Assembly (NCBI GenBank): GCA_951406725.2
Contig: OX597818.1
Location: 42,532,001-42,596,000 of the forward strand
Direction of reading: 5' to 3'
DNA from: Octopus vulgaris
Taxonomy: Eukaryota
Length of the DNA: 64,000 bases
In this document: positions 13,330 through 25,852 of the stretch, in pieces
How positions within the stretch are numbered: position 1 is the first letter of the stretch
Layout: each line of letters starts with the position of its first letter
The notes under the pieces: generated by a model
What the model was told of the DNA's origin: nothing
The model's input: the letters and a program-made list of their open reading frames with translations, nothing else
Database searches by the model: none
Position numbers and translations under genes: made by a program

Positions 13330-14240
13330 GTTCAGCAGAAAAGGAAAAAATACTATTTTGAACTTCATGCAATAAAATTCTTAAATAATTCAGTTCTCCT
13401 GCCTTTCGTGTGACAACTTTAACACAACCAAGTGTTTCTTCTTTGAAAATGTTCAAATGGCCTTCAACTTTTTTTCCTCGCTCTCTTATTTACCATTCTT
13501 TGCTACTACTGTCCCAAGTGAAATACTTTGGTACTTCAGCATAAAGTAATGCTTTTGCAAAGTCATCATTGATGCACAATGAAAAGAATTCTCTCAATGT
13601 TGTTTTCATATGTCGTTCATTGACAGCCATATGAATCCTCATTATTTCTGAGCAGGCTGTGTGGTAAGTAGCTTGCTCACCAACCACATGGCTCTGGGTT
13701 CAGTCCCACTGCATGGCACCTTGGGCAAGTGTCTTCTACTATAGCCTCGGACTGACCAAAGCCTTGTGAGTAGATTTGGTAGAAGGAAACTGAAAGAAGC
13801 CCGTCGTATATATGTATATGTATATATATGTGTGTGTGTGCTTGTGTGTCTGTGTTTGTCCCCCCAACATCGCTTCACAACTGATGCTGGTGTGTTTACT
13901 TAGCGGGTCATCAAAGAGACAGATAGAATAAGTACTAGGCTTACAAAGAATAAATCCTGGGGTCGATTTGCTCGACTAAAGGTGGTGCTCCAGCATGGCC
14001 GCAGTCAAATGACTGAAACGAGTAAAAGAGTAAAGAGTAAGAGAGTATCTGGTAGATGGATTTGCAGCCTTACTATTGCAGGTGCTTTTTCATGAATTGA
14101 AAATCCTAAAATGGATGTAACTGCTTTGGATAGTGCAGTATACCTACCCATTAGATATTGACTACTTTTGTTATCATTGTTTATTTGAACAGCAGCTTGG
14201 TCATTTCCATTCAATGTGTACTTGATGATGTATTTAATTT
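13330..14240 (-). mobile_element. Helitron RepHel relic (Rep-to-helicase linker), split by a SINE
   Basis: YIIKY..GNDQA...QYLMGRY...AVTSILGFSIHEKAPAIVRLQIHLP, then KTTLREFFSLCINDDFAKALLYAEVPKYFTW and YLRILLHEV. Confidence 0.85.
13655..14045 (+). mobile_element. SINE family B inserted in the Helitron relic
   Basis: Matches family B throughout. Confidence 0.9.
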
Positions 14241-14394
14241 ACCTCACCAAGGCAATGATTTCAGCATTGCAAGGGCATCTGAATGCTCTCAAAAGTTTCC
14301 TTATAAAGTACAACCCATTTGTTGTTGTTTGTTTTTCCAATCTTATGAGATTCAATTCCTCCCATTGCAAATGATCTTCGTCTATAAAAAAAAA

Positions 14395-14746
14395 TAGTCT
14401 CCCTGTTTTTCTGCCTTTTCATTAAGATGATAAAGATTAATATCTTATTTTAAATAAAATTGTAATTTTCCCCTTTAAGAAAAACAGCATTCAAGCACCC
14501 CTGATTAAAAAAATATCCCATAAAAAAAAATAGAGAGAATTTCTCTTTCAGTCCACAGCACTCGAAAGTTATATACATGATTAAGGGAAGAAAAAGTAAA
14601 AAAAAAAAAAAAAGATGGACGGAGGGTGGTAGCTGCAACGACTCTTTGAAGTGTCAACTTTTTCAACTTAATCTTCTTAAAGGGGGAAATGACTTTTATT
14701 TGTGATCTTTATCATCTTAGTCAAATGACAGGAAAACAGACAAACT
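14395..14746. mobile_element. Diverged MITE with long imperfect TIRs
   Basis: TAAGATGATAAAGAT...TTTCCCCTTTAAGAA is mirrored by TTCTTAAAGGGGGAAA...ATCTTTATCATCTTA. Confidence 0.6.
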
Positions 14747-15028
14747 TTCTATTGCATCATTATATATATATGACTTTCCTGAATTCAAGAGAATCAGGTA
14801 TTTAAATAGTGAAGACTCAAGGTCAGGTCGGTGATAGCACTATCATGTACAAGCAATATTTAAGGACAAATATATACTAAAGTAAACATGGATTTGACTG
14901 GGTGTGCTACAATCACAAATGACTGATTACACAACGAGTGGCCAAAATAACACAATAAGGGTCAGAAGAATCAAATTGCACCATGTACTTGTTCTTGAGA
15001 TGTTTGAAATGTTCAATTCTTACCTGTT

Positions 15029-15116
15029 TTCACCTGATGAAAACGGCTTTTTGTTTTTGCATGATATAACACTTCTGCTCATTAATAAAAGATACGTCAG
15101 AAACAGCTTTAGTGAA
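15029..15116 (+). ncRNA. Decayed type I hammerhead ribozyme motif
   Basis: TTCAC-CTGATGA-long stem II-GAAA-CAGCTT-TA-GTGAA; stem I TTCAC/GTGAA is perfect. Confidence 0.6.
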
Positions 15117-15139
15117 CCACACTCCTTCTATTGGTATTT

Positions 15140-15345
<206 letters not shown>

Positions 15346-15804
15346 CTTCGTCTTTGTAGAGAATTTTCTTGGAAATTTTATCAGTAAACTTTTGGGGTTT
15401 TTTAAAATTTAGTTTTGTTTTCTGTTCTTGTTTTTAAGAAAACTAACTTCAAGCAACTTTTTCTGATCAATTTTTAAAAAGTATTTTCTAAACCAGTGTA
15501 TACTATTGAAAATTAGAATGAGGTATTGCCATCCATCGTCCCCTTTTTGGTCATCCCGTGAATGTGGAAGTTAGATCTTTACCTTTGACCGGCAGATTTA
15601 AAAAATTGTTTTTGTAACTAAACACTTTCAAACTTCGTATACTGGTAGAATGTGTCACATAAAACATCTTTTACTCTTGGCGTTGTTGAGAAAATTCTGT
15701 ATTTCGGAAGTTATTTCTTGTTAAAGTTGTTGTATTTTGGTAATTTCAACTGGTACTTATTTTATCAAAGAATTTGAACTCAGGACAAAATTATAACAAT
15801 CCTC

Positions 15805-16582
15805 TCTACTGTAGGCACAAGGCCTGAAATTTGGGGGAAGGGGACTAATTGATTAAATTGATCCCAGTGTTTCACTGGTATTTATTTTATTAACCCTGAA
15901 AGGATAAAAGGCAAAATCGACCTCAGCAGAATTTGAACTCAGAACATAAAGAATAATGAAATGCTGCTAAGCATTTTGCCTGGCGTACTAACAATTCTGC
16001 CAGTTCATCGCTTTAATAATAATGGTTTCAAATTTTGGCACAAGGCCAGCAATTTCAGGGGAGGGAATGAGTTGAATACATCAACCCCCAGTGCTCAACT
16101 GGTACTTATTTTACTGACCCTGAAAGGATGAAAGGCAAAGTTAACTTTGGTGGGATTTGAACTCAGAACGTGAAGACGGACGAAATACGTATTTCTTTAC
16201 TACCCACAAGGGGCTAAACACAGAGAGGACAAACAAGGACAGACAAACGGATCAAGTCGACTACATCAATCCCAGTATGTAACTGGTATATTTAATTGAC
16301 CCCGAAAGGATGAAAGGTATAGTCAACCTCGGCATAACTCGAACTCAGAACGCAACGGCAGACGAAACATGGCCACACATTTCACCTGGCATGCTACCGA
16401 TTCTGCCAGCTCACCGCCTTAATAATAATCCTATCTACTATAGGTACAAGGCCTGAAATTTTGGGGGAGGAGAGTAGTCAATTACATTGACCCCCAGTAC
16501 TCCACTAGTACTTAATTTATTGATCCTGAATGGAAGAAAGGCTAAGTTGACCTTGGCAGAATTTGAACTCAGAACATAAAGA
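15805..16582 (-). mobile_element. Head-to-tail cluster of four SINE family A copies
   Basis: Four GAAAGGATGAAAGGCAAAGTCGACC...GAATTTGAACTCAGAAC-like units near 15900, 16125, 16305 and 16530. Confidence 0.85.
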
Positions 16583-17121
16583 GCCGTTTATTTTACAGCT
16601 CAAGTAAGAAAGCTGTGATACCAAAAGCTGTTTGTGTCACTGTTAGAGTTGCCATCTTGCAATGGATCAGATGGAATTTGTTGAGCAGATTTTCTACAGC
16701 CGGTTTCCCATTCTTGTTGCTGACTCACCTTTTTTCAAATGAGGTACTGTTTGCCCCATGACCAGGCATGCTTCCACAGAATACAGGAAATGAAAGACAC
16801 CACTCACATGACCGTTTCGCCTTCTTACAATTACCATGTAATGTTAAAACAAGGAGACAATGACAATCACACACACACAAAGGTCTTCTTTCAATTTCTG
16901 TCTATCAAATCCACTCACAAGGCTTTGGTTAACCCAGGACTAGGTTGGGAAACAAACTTTTACCACACAGCCATGCTTGTCCCTACAGCCAAAAGGTGGT
17001 TATTTCACAGCTAGACTATTAAATAATGATCATCACAAGAGGTTGTTCCACTGTTAAGAGATGAGAAAGTTATGACAGCCATCAGGATTATGCATTTCAC
17101 TGCTAGATCTGAACAAGATCT

Positions 17122-17262
17122 GAAAAAGAGACCGATAAAATAAGTACTGGGCTTACAAAAATAAGTCCCGGGGTCGATTTGCTCGACTAAAGGCGGTGCT
17201 CCAGCATGGCCGCAGTCAAATGACTGAAACAAGTAAAAGAGTAAAAGAGTAAAGAGAGTTAA
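17122..17262 (+). mobile_element. SINE family B, 3' fragment
   Basis: Tail sequence only (5'-truncated). Confidence 0.85.
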
Positions 17263-17358
17263 AATGTGGTACAAGACTTACCCAGAATGTATAAAATGCA
17301 TAACAAAAATTATTCAGGTAAAATTAATCTAATAGAACAAATATTATCTCTACAGTGG

Positions 17359-17572
17359 TTACTCTTTTTACTCTTTTACTTGTTTCAGTCATTTGACTGT
17401 GGCCATGCTGGAGCACCGCCTTTAATCAAGCAACTCGACCCCGGGACTTATTCTTTTGTAAGCCCTGTACTTATTCTATCGGTCTATTTTGCTGAACCGC
17501 TAAGTAACGGGGATGTAAACACACCAGCATTGGTTGTCAAGCAATGCTAGGGGAACAAACACAGACACACAA

Positions 17573-17609
<37 letters not shown>

Positions 17610-17771
17610 CATATATACGACGGGCTTCTTTCAGTTTCCGTCTACCAAATCCACTCACAAGGCTTTGATCGGCCCGAGGCTATAGCAGAAGACACTTGCC
17701 CAAGGTGCCATGCAGTGGGACTGAACCCGGAACCATGTGGTTGGTAAACAAGCTACTTACCACACAGCCAC
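17359..17771 (-). mobile_element. SINE family B, full length
   Basis: Matches family B. Confidence 0.92.
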
Positions 17772-17884
17772 ATTATAATTTAAGACAGCTGAGGGAAATA
17801 AATATTTGTGTAACAGAATATTCTGTAATATAACTACTGTATTTTCTGATATACAAGTTGAATTTTTCACACCAAAATTTACAG

Positions 17885-17962
17885 TTTAAAAGAAAAAAAA
17901 ACTGTAGGTAAACTTGTACATGAAGACAACATCGGAGAACCTAAACATCCATGTGAAATGCA
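17885..17962 (+). CDS. Candidate internal host-gene exon (78 nt), product unknown
   Basis: ttttacag acceptor, open frame LKEKKTVGKLVHEDNIGEPKHPCEM, CA|gtaaga donor; non-repetitive sequence. Confidence 0.35.
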
Positions 17963-17984
17963 GTAAGATTTAGAAAGATAGCAT

Positions 17985-18322
17985 AGGCATAGGAGTGGCT
18001 GTGTAGTAAGTAGCCTACTCACCAACCACATGGTTCTGGGCTCAGCCCCACTGTGTGGCACCCCGGGCAAGTGTCTTCCACTACAGCCTCGGACCGACCA
18101 AAGCCCCGCAAGCGGACCTGGTAGACGGAAACTGAAAGAAGCCCATCATATATATATATGTATGTATGTGTTTGTCACCCCAACATCGCTTGACAACAGG
18201 TACTGGTATGCCCACGTCCCCGTAACTTAGCAGTCCAGCAAAAGAGTCCGATAGAATAAGTACTAGGCCCCCAAAGAACAAGTTCTGGGGTCGATTTGCT
18301 CGACCAAAGGCAGCGCTCCAGC
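17985..18322 (+). mobile_element. SINE family B (diverged)
   Basis: Matches family B. Confidence 0.88.
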
Positions 18323-18343
18323 ACATATATATATATATATATG

Positions 18344-18572
18344 TGGCAGCGAGCTGGCAGAAACGTTAGCACACCGGGCAAAATGCTTAGCAGTATTTCG
18401 TCTGCCACTATGTTCTGAGTTCAAATTCCGCCGAGGTCGACTTTGCCTTTCATCCTTTCAGGGTCGATAAATAAAGTACCAGTTTAGCACTGGGGTTGGT
18501 GTAATCGACTTAATCCCTTTGTCTGTCCTTGTTTAGCCCCTCTATGTTTAGCCCCTTGTGGGCAATAAAGAA

Positions 18573-18574
<2 letters not shown>
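18344..18574 (+). mobile_element. SINE family A, full length, within (TA)n
   Basis: Matches 11691-11929. Confidence 0.92.
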
Positions 18575-18616
<42 letters not shown>

Positions 18617-18835
18617 TTATATATATTGTTTATGTCATAAAATTTAAAAACATCAAAAGACATGAAATGGAAAAAGTAAACTGCTGCCTGGTATTTACAC
18701 ACTATTATTTATAGCTTAATCTACTTCGAGTACCATCATTAAAACAATCTATGTGTATATATGTATGTATGCATGTATGCATATCTGTTTGAATGCATGC
18801 ATGTGTTTGTGTGAGTTTGTTTATTTTTCTCCTAG

Positions 18836-18918
18836 TTTTTACACCTTTGCTGACTATAAGCAAAACAACAGCCTTGCTGTTAATATAGATGATGCCATGC
18901 TTGCTGTCAACAGTAAAG
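18836..18918 (+). CDS. Candidate internal host-gene exon, product unknown
   Basis: ttatttttctcctag acceptor, frame FYTFADYKQNNSLAVNIDDAMLAVNSK, phase-compatible with 17885-17962; donor uncertain (A|gtaaag after 18912 or AG|gcatgt after 18918). Confidence 0.35.
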
Positions 18919-19529
18919 GCATGTCTGAGCTTCTTAAAATGTTACACAATATTTGTAACCAAAGATGGCTCATAAACATGTTTGAGCTTTTAGTTGTTTT
19001 ACAGACTAAGAGTTTATTATCTTACTTGGAAACAGATGAAGGTTGGCAACAGGAAGGGCATCCAGTCATAGAAAATCTACCTTAGTACCTTAGTTCTGCG
19101 TGATCCATGCAAGCATGGAAAAGGAGACGTTAAAACAATGAGCTGATAATGTTGATTGCTAAATAATCATACAAATTATAATTTTGTATTTGTTCTTATG
19201 GAAGAAAGGTTTTAAGTTCATATTAGTATTTCTATTTTTCAACAATGAATTCAGACCAAAATAGCTTATATTGAAGATAATCTACATTCTTCTAATTACT
19301 AATGAATGGGGAATATTTTAATGCTTTTTCCTTGGATAGAAATTAGAATAAAAGCTTCATTACCTTCGCAGTATCAGTTTTTATATACACTATTATTGTA
19401 CTATTTTCACACTCTGTTTCCTTTACCCTGACTGTATCAAATGTAAACATCTGAGCAAAAGTCACGTTTTGAGAATGATCTGGTTTCAGATATCCGTGCT
19501 GTCAAAAACTTTTAACAATACACAAAGAA

Positions 19530-19936
19530 TATCCTTATCTGGTAAAACAGAAAACTGACCAGACACCAAGGTGAAACTTGAAACCTCTGCTCCAGACTGG
19601 ACATCTGCAAGAGAGATATGAAGTCAATAGATCTTGACGACCTGAGATGGGAGGAGGTTGCAAATGATTGTCCATGATGGAGACAGATACGGCGAAAGGG
19701 GACAAAGTGAGGGGAAGAGAAACAGGAACTTGCCACCATAGTAAAGTGCACTCAATGAAAGGATAAACCAGTTGTGCCTGTAGAGAGATCCTTCAAATGC
19801 AGTTGCTGTATGCATGATTGCCGCTCCCATGTGGGCCTGCACAGCCACAGCAGATACCACACCACCATCAGCAGCTGACACAATTTCTTCTGGTGCAAAT
19901 CCATGGTCTCTCAAGACCAACGGATGCCTACTACTA
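19530..19936 (+). mobile_element. RTE/BovB-like LINE 3' end
   Basis: DICKRDMKSIDLDDLRWEEVAND...WRQ, then FKCSCCMHDCRSHVGLHSH (C2H2-like), then a CCATGGTCTCTCAAGACCAACGGATGCC(TAC)n tail. Confidence 0.75.
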
Positions 19937-20254
19937 TCCTCATCGTAATCATTTTGATGCCCACTTTTCCATGCTTATGTAGGACACACAGTTTGTTGAG
20001 GCAGGTTTTCTACAGTTGGGAGCCCTTCATGACGCCAATCCTCAACTGTTTCCAAATAAGCTAACACTTTCCCATGACCAGATTTGTTCTCACAGAATAT
20101 TGGAAATGAATCCCAGCAACACTCATTTATAATTACTACACAATGTTAAGACAAGGGAACGTAAACACATACATTTTTACACACATACATATATGCACAC
20201 ATTTGTAAATACATATATAATACATGTGTATGTATATATATGCACATACACGCG

Positions 20255-20322
<68 letters not shown>

Positions 20323-20488
20323 GGATTTCTTTCAGTTTTTGTCTACCAAATCCACTTACAAGGCTTTGGCTGGTCCAGGGCTATAGCAGAAGATATTTAC
20401 TCAAAGTGCTATGCAGTGAGATTGAACCTGAAACCATGTGACTTGAAATCAGGATTCTTAACTTGACAGTCATGTGCGTGCACATACA

Positions 20489-20709
20489 CATGAGAGGATA
20501 CTGAAAAGTTCTTGGCTTTAAGGGTATCACAAAAGGCCTAGTTGGAGGCCCAACATTCCGAGTTCTTTTACAGGGCTTAGAAAAACTGAAGGACTGTGGC
20601 AATAAGTGTGTAAACCTGAGAGGAGAAACTGTTGAATAAAATCAGAATTAACTGATCCTCCTGTATTTTCTTTTAACCAAAGCCAGGAACTTTTCAGCAC
20701 CCCTTCATG
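20489..20709 (+). mobile_element. mariner-derived MITE
   Basis: TIRs CATGAGAGGATACTGAAAAGTTCTTGGCTT / AAGCCAGGAACTTTTCAGCACCCCTTCATG; retains GLEKLKDCGNKCVNLRGETVE* (mariner C-terminus). Confidence 0.8.
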
Positions 20710-21150
20710 TATGTATATATATGTATATATATGATACATATATATATATATGTATATATATGTATGATATATAAAAATACAAAAATGGGGCAAGAACACA
20801 AAACATCCAGATAGTTAGGTGATGCAAAAAAGGGACAACAAAACATCCAGACAGATGAAACAAAGAAAACAAGGACAGGTCATTCGGAGTTTTCTTTCCC
20901 CAGTTGAGTTCCAGATTATCTTTGCAATTTCGGCTGGTTATACTCGAGATTGCTCCAATCTGGTCAGCCCCAAGGAAAAACTAAGCTAAGAGCATTAGAT
21001 TCCTTGGAAGAAAGCAGCAAATGTATTTTTTTGTAATATTTTTTGTGATGTTTTTGCAGCTTTAATAATAAAGCATATTACTCTACCTTCGGTATTCAAG
21101 TGCTATTTCTTCCACCTTGTTTCACAGTTATGTGCTTATCTAGTATATAT

Positions 21151-21214
<64 letters not shown>

Positions 21215-21308
21215 TCAAAATAAGCAACAAGTATGGATAATAACATACAAAATCCTGGTGACTCTGACTTAAGTACCATGTTCATTTGAATCTAAATTTT
21301 GCTGAACT

Positions 21309-21725
<417 letters not shown>

Positions 21726-22057
21726 ACTCTGCCCTCCACCAATTTCTTCCTCAAGACACAACTTCCGCAACCCATCATTTCTATAGCTGCATCTCTTCCC
21801 TGATACTCCTTATTTTTCTTACTTCCAGGAACCATTTCATTTGTTACCCATTCTTCATCTATTAATACAATCTCCCCTCTACACACACACATACACACAC
21901 ACACATTCTTTATTATTTACACCTACCCCCACTGACCCACTAAATTACCTCTCCTCCTCTACCATCATATCTCACTCTCCTCATGCTCTATGCTTGCCTC
22001 TCTTCTACATGCTCTTCCCTACATACACACTACAGCAACCTAACCAATCACATGTCA

Positions 22058-22105
<48 letters not shown>

Positions 22106-23040
22106 ATCCTGCTCATGTCTATAGTGCTGCTCCCCCAACCATTTTTCTGCACTGTCAGTCATCTCCCACTTGTTCTACTGCCCTAACCTCATGCTTCATT
22201 GGTCATCCCCTCTACCCTACCCTTTATCCACCCTTCACTACACCTGCCCTTCAACCCTACTCAATCTTTGCAGTTGTTTTCTACCTCACCATCTCTCACG
22301 TTCTCACACACTCTTGTAATCCCACATACCTTTGTCCTCACTCGCTTCATATCTTGAAGGTTCACCCAGACCGACTTCATCACCACTATCTTTATCTCTT
22401 TCCAGCTCCACTCAATCACTTCCACCCTCACTTCTAACTAAATATGAGTAGTCATTAGCTTCTCTACAGCAAGAAATTTGTTCTTTTCTGGCCCCTTCTC
22501 TCACTTTAACCCACGATGGGCAACTTTTTTTTGAGAAGTGGATTGCATGAAACAATAGCTCATTATCAAGCAGGCCACATTACTAAAAAAAATTCAAGGT
22601 AACTTTTTGTTAATCATGTCATTCAGAAAGTCTTCCAGGCTGCAGTTTGCCCACGACTGCTTTAATCTGTCATCTCCTAACATAAAAATGCCTCCTTTGG
22701 CTTCATAATCTTGCAAGTTAAATGGTAGCCTCACTAACACTTGTAGCAAGAAAAAAAGTACCCAGTACAGGCTGTAAAATGGTTGGTATTAGAAGAACAT
22801 CCAGCTGTAAAAACTATGCCAAAGCAGGCACTGTACCTTGATGCAGTCCTTGGACCTATCAGATCTTGTCAAACCATCCAACTCATACCTGTAATAGAAT
22901 ATGAACATTAAATGATGATGATGATGATATATATATATATATATATGAATATCATATATATATATGAATATATATATATGTATGTGTGTCTATATGTATG
23001 TATATGCATGCAAGCGCGTACATATGTGTGTGTGTACGTA

Positions 23041-23339
23041 CAATGGAACATTCATATATGAATTTAATTCATTCCTGAAGGCCATTCATTGCCAAAAATA
23101 TTTTGGGAAACTAATTTTCCCAAAAGTAATTCAAGAGAAGGTGAATTCAAGCAGGAATAAGGACTGAGTGAAAGTAAGGCACCCACTGGTACTCCTAGCT
23201 TGTCACAAACCTTTGTTGCCTGTTTGCATGTTCCTTACTTGAGACATATTAGTCACCTGAGACATTATATGCTAGAAAAAATTGTTCATAAACAAAATTT
23301 GTTCATGATGAGAGGTGTTCATAAACTGAAGTTCCACTG
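23041..23339. mobile_element. Tigger/pogo-like MITE
   Basis: TA|CAATGGAAC ... GTTCCACTG|TA. Confidence 0.65.
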
Positions 23340-23491
23340 TATACATATATATATATATATATATATTATATTATATTATATATATATATATATATTATAT
23401 TATATTATATATATATATATATATTATATTATATTATATATATATATATATATTATATTATATTATATTATATTATATTATATTATATTTA

Positions 23492-23832
23492 TGGAGGCGC
23501 ATGGCTCAGTGGTTAGAGCGTCGAGCTTACGATTGTGAGGTTGTGAGCTCGAATCCCGGACCGGGCTGCGTGTTGTGTTCTTGAGCAAAGCACTTTATTT
23601 CACGTTGCTCCAGTTCACTCAGCTGTAGAAATGAGTTGCGACGTCACTGGTGCCAAGCTGTATCGACCTTTGTCTTTCCCTTGGATAACACTGGTGGCGT
23701 GGAGAGGGGAGGCTGGTATGCATGGGCGACTGCTGGTCTTCCATAAACAACCTTGCCCAGACTTGTGTCTAGGAGGGTAACTTTCTAGGTGCAATCCCAT
23801 GGTCATTCATGACCGAAGGGGGTCTTTACCCT
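23492..23832 (+). mobile_element. SINE family D (tRNA-derived head, Meta/CORE-like central domain)
   Basis: A box TGGCTCAGTGG, B box GCTCGAATCC, TTGTGTTCTTGAGCAAAGCACTTT core; related copies at 25440 and 58028. Confidence 0.85.
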
Positions 23833-23847
23833 TTATATTATATTAAA

Positions 23848-24353
23848 CTAGCAGTATCGCCCGGCGTTGCTCGGGTTTGTAAGGGAAATAACTATATAAG
23901 CATTTTTAGAGAGTTACTTCCCTTATAAATTCGGGCTTTCTTAGCCATTTTTGTTTTGGTGTCTTCAAGCCATGAAGTCGTTGTTCTAAAAGAACGCTGG
24001 TTTCCTTCACAATGCATTACGACGTTGATTTCTTTACACTCCCTTCCCCACAGCTTCACGAGGGAGGGAAGGGGTAGAAGCAAACAGGTGCAGCTGTGAG
24101 CGTGGACGCCAACTCCGCCGCCATCGACATACGATGCATTTTATGCATTAAAATGGAATAAAAAATGATGTTAAATTATTTTTAAAATCGTAGACTCATC
24201 GTTGACGCGCGCTAAGAGTCAGACGGGCTCGATATGAATCACGACTATAAGATACCCGAATTTGGTTAAACTGCACCGCAAAATGTGGGAGGAGTTAGGA
24301 ATCTAAATCGAAGGGGACAGACACTCACACAACTAGAGTTTTATATATATAGA
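23848..24353 (-). mobile_element. Non-autonomous Helitron
   Basis: On the minus strand A|TCTATATATATAAAA ... CCCGAGCAACGCCGGG hairpin ... CTAG|T, no TSD. Confidence 0.9.
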
Positions 24354-24491
24354 TTAGAGATAAAACCACTATTAGGCAAATCAAACAGTGAAAAACATAA
24401 GCCAATACATAAAATTAATTTTAAAATATAAAAGTTAAAAATTAAAAAATTATTTAAATAAATTAAACTTATAAATTTTAAATATATATAT

Positions 24492-24543
<52 letters not shown>

Positions 24544-24647
24544 ATTTTTATATTTATATATTATTTTATTTATCAATTTATTTATTTATCTATTTTTTTA
24601 TATAAATATCAAAAGTATTAAAAGTTTAATAAAAGATAAAGAGTAAA

Positions 24648-24741
24648 ACACTACGATCGTTTCATGGCTGTACTAATTCGAATAACAATAATTTAAATTC
24701 AATTAATAATTCGAGTTATGGTTACAGTCAATCTTCAGGTT
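24648..24741 (-). ncRNA. Type I hammerhead ribozyme motif (minimal palindromic stem III)
   Basis: Minus strand AAC-CTGAAGA-T-TGACTGTA...TACAGCCA-T-GAAA-CGATCG-TA-GT; stem I is weak. Confidence 0.6.
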
Positions 24742-25006
24742 AATTGAAATATTTTTTAAATAATCAGAAATATTTAAACAATATTTTTAAGATATAAATA
24801 ATATAATAATTTTACTTATAATAAACTCTATTATCAAAATAGAAACTTAAAACTTAACAATTATGATTATATCAAAATCGATTATAATGTTAAATATTAA
24901 TTTTAATTTTTAAGGTAAGAAACCCACCAATAATCTAATATCGGTAATAGTCTATATCTAATTACATAAATTTTGTTTTTTTAAATATATATATATATAT
25001 ATATAT

Positions 25007-25430
25007 ACAAGGTGCAGTGAATAAACTGTTGTACCTCCTTCAGGCATTTGATGTAGGTCTCCGTGTTGAGTCTGAGGCTGTGTGGGAAGATGAATGGAGG
25101 CATAACATTGCCATCACTAGTGATCACTCCAAACACCATGATGTGAGCTAGATGTTTGATTTTTATCACTCTCAGTACATATCCTCAGATTGCACTGTCC
25201 TCAGATTGACACCCAAACACTCTGAAATGTTTGTATTGGAGATTCCAGCATGAATGCCAAGCAGTACAGCATGTCATTTCCAAATTTCTGGCAGAGTGAA
25301 TTGCATCATGGTGCTGTTTCTCCCATAGATAGTGCCCAACTGACCCTACCATACTGTGTAGTCAAAAAAATCAAAAACAAACGAAATTAAAAATATAAAA
25401 TGGTCGTAATTTACCCACCACACCCTCTGT
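25007..25430 (-). mobile_element. Internally deleted maT (DD37D) element
   Basis: Homologous to 44787-46200 (IKIKHLAHIMVFGVITSDGNVMPPFIFP); CAAGGTGCAGTGAATAAA-type ends. Confidence 0.8.
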
Positions 25431-25439
25431 GTGTGTGTG

Positions 25440-25709
25440 TGTGTGTTGTTCTTGAGGAAGACACTTTATTTCACGTTGCTCCAGTTCACCCAGCTGTAAA
25501 AATAAGTTGTGATGTCACTGGTGCCAAGCTGCATTGGCCTTTATTTTTCCCTTGGATTATATTTGTGGCATGGAGAGTGGAGGCTGGTATGCACTGGCAA
25601 CTGTTGACCTTCCATAAGCAACCTTGCCTGGACTTGTGCCATAGAGAGTAACTTCCTAGGTGCAATCCCATGGTCATTCTTGACCAAAAGGGGTCTTTAC
25701 CCTTTACCC

Positions 25710-25710
<1 letters not shown>
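25440..25710 (+). mobile_element. SINE family D, 5'-truncated
   Basis: Matches 23570-23832. Confidence 0.85.
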
Positions 25711-25756
<46 letters not shown>

Positions 25757-25852
25757 TATATTTATAATATATTATGGAATAACAAGTATTCCAGGTTATC
25801 AGGAAGTTTACTAATTTACACATTTTAATGAAATGCAAAAAGTATATTTTAT

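Noticed and set aside
20918-20978. Hammerhead-like GGCTG...CAGCC-GAAA-TTGCAA on the minus strand
   Set aside because: The CUGANGA core and the U16.1 position are absent
23492-23565. tRNA gene
   Set aside because: A and B boxes are present, but it continues into a SINE body and lacks a clean acceptor stem
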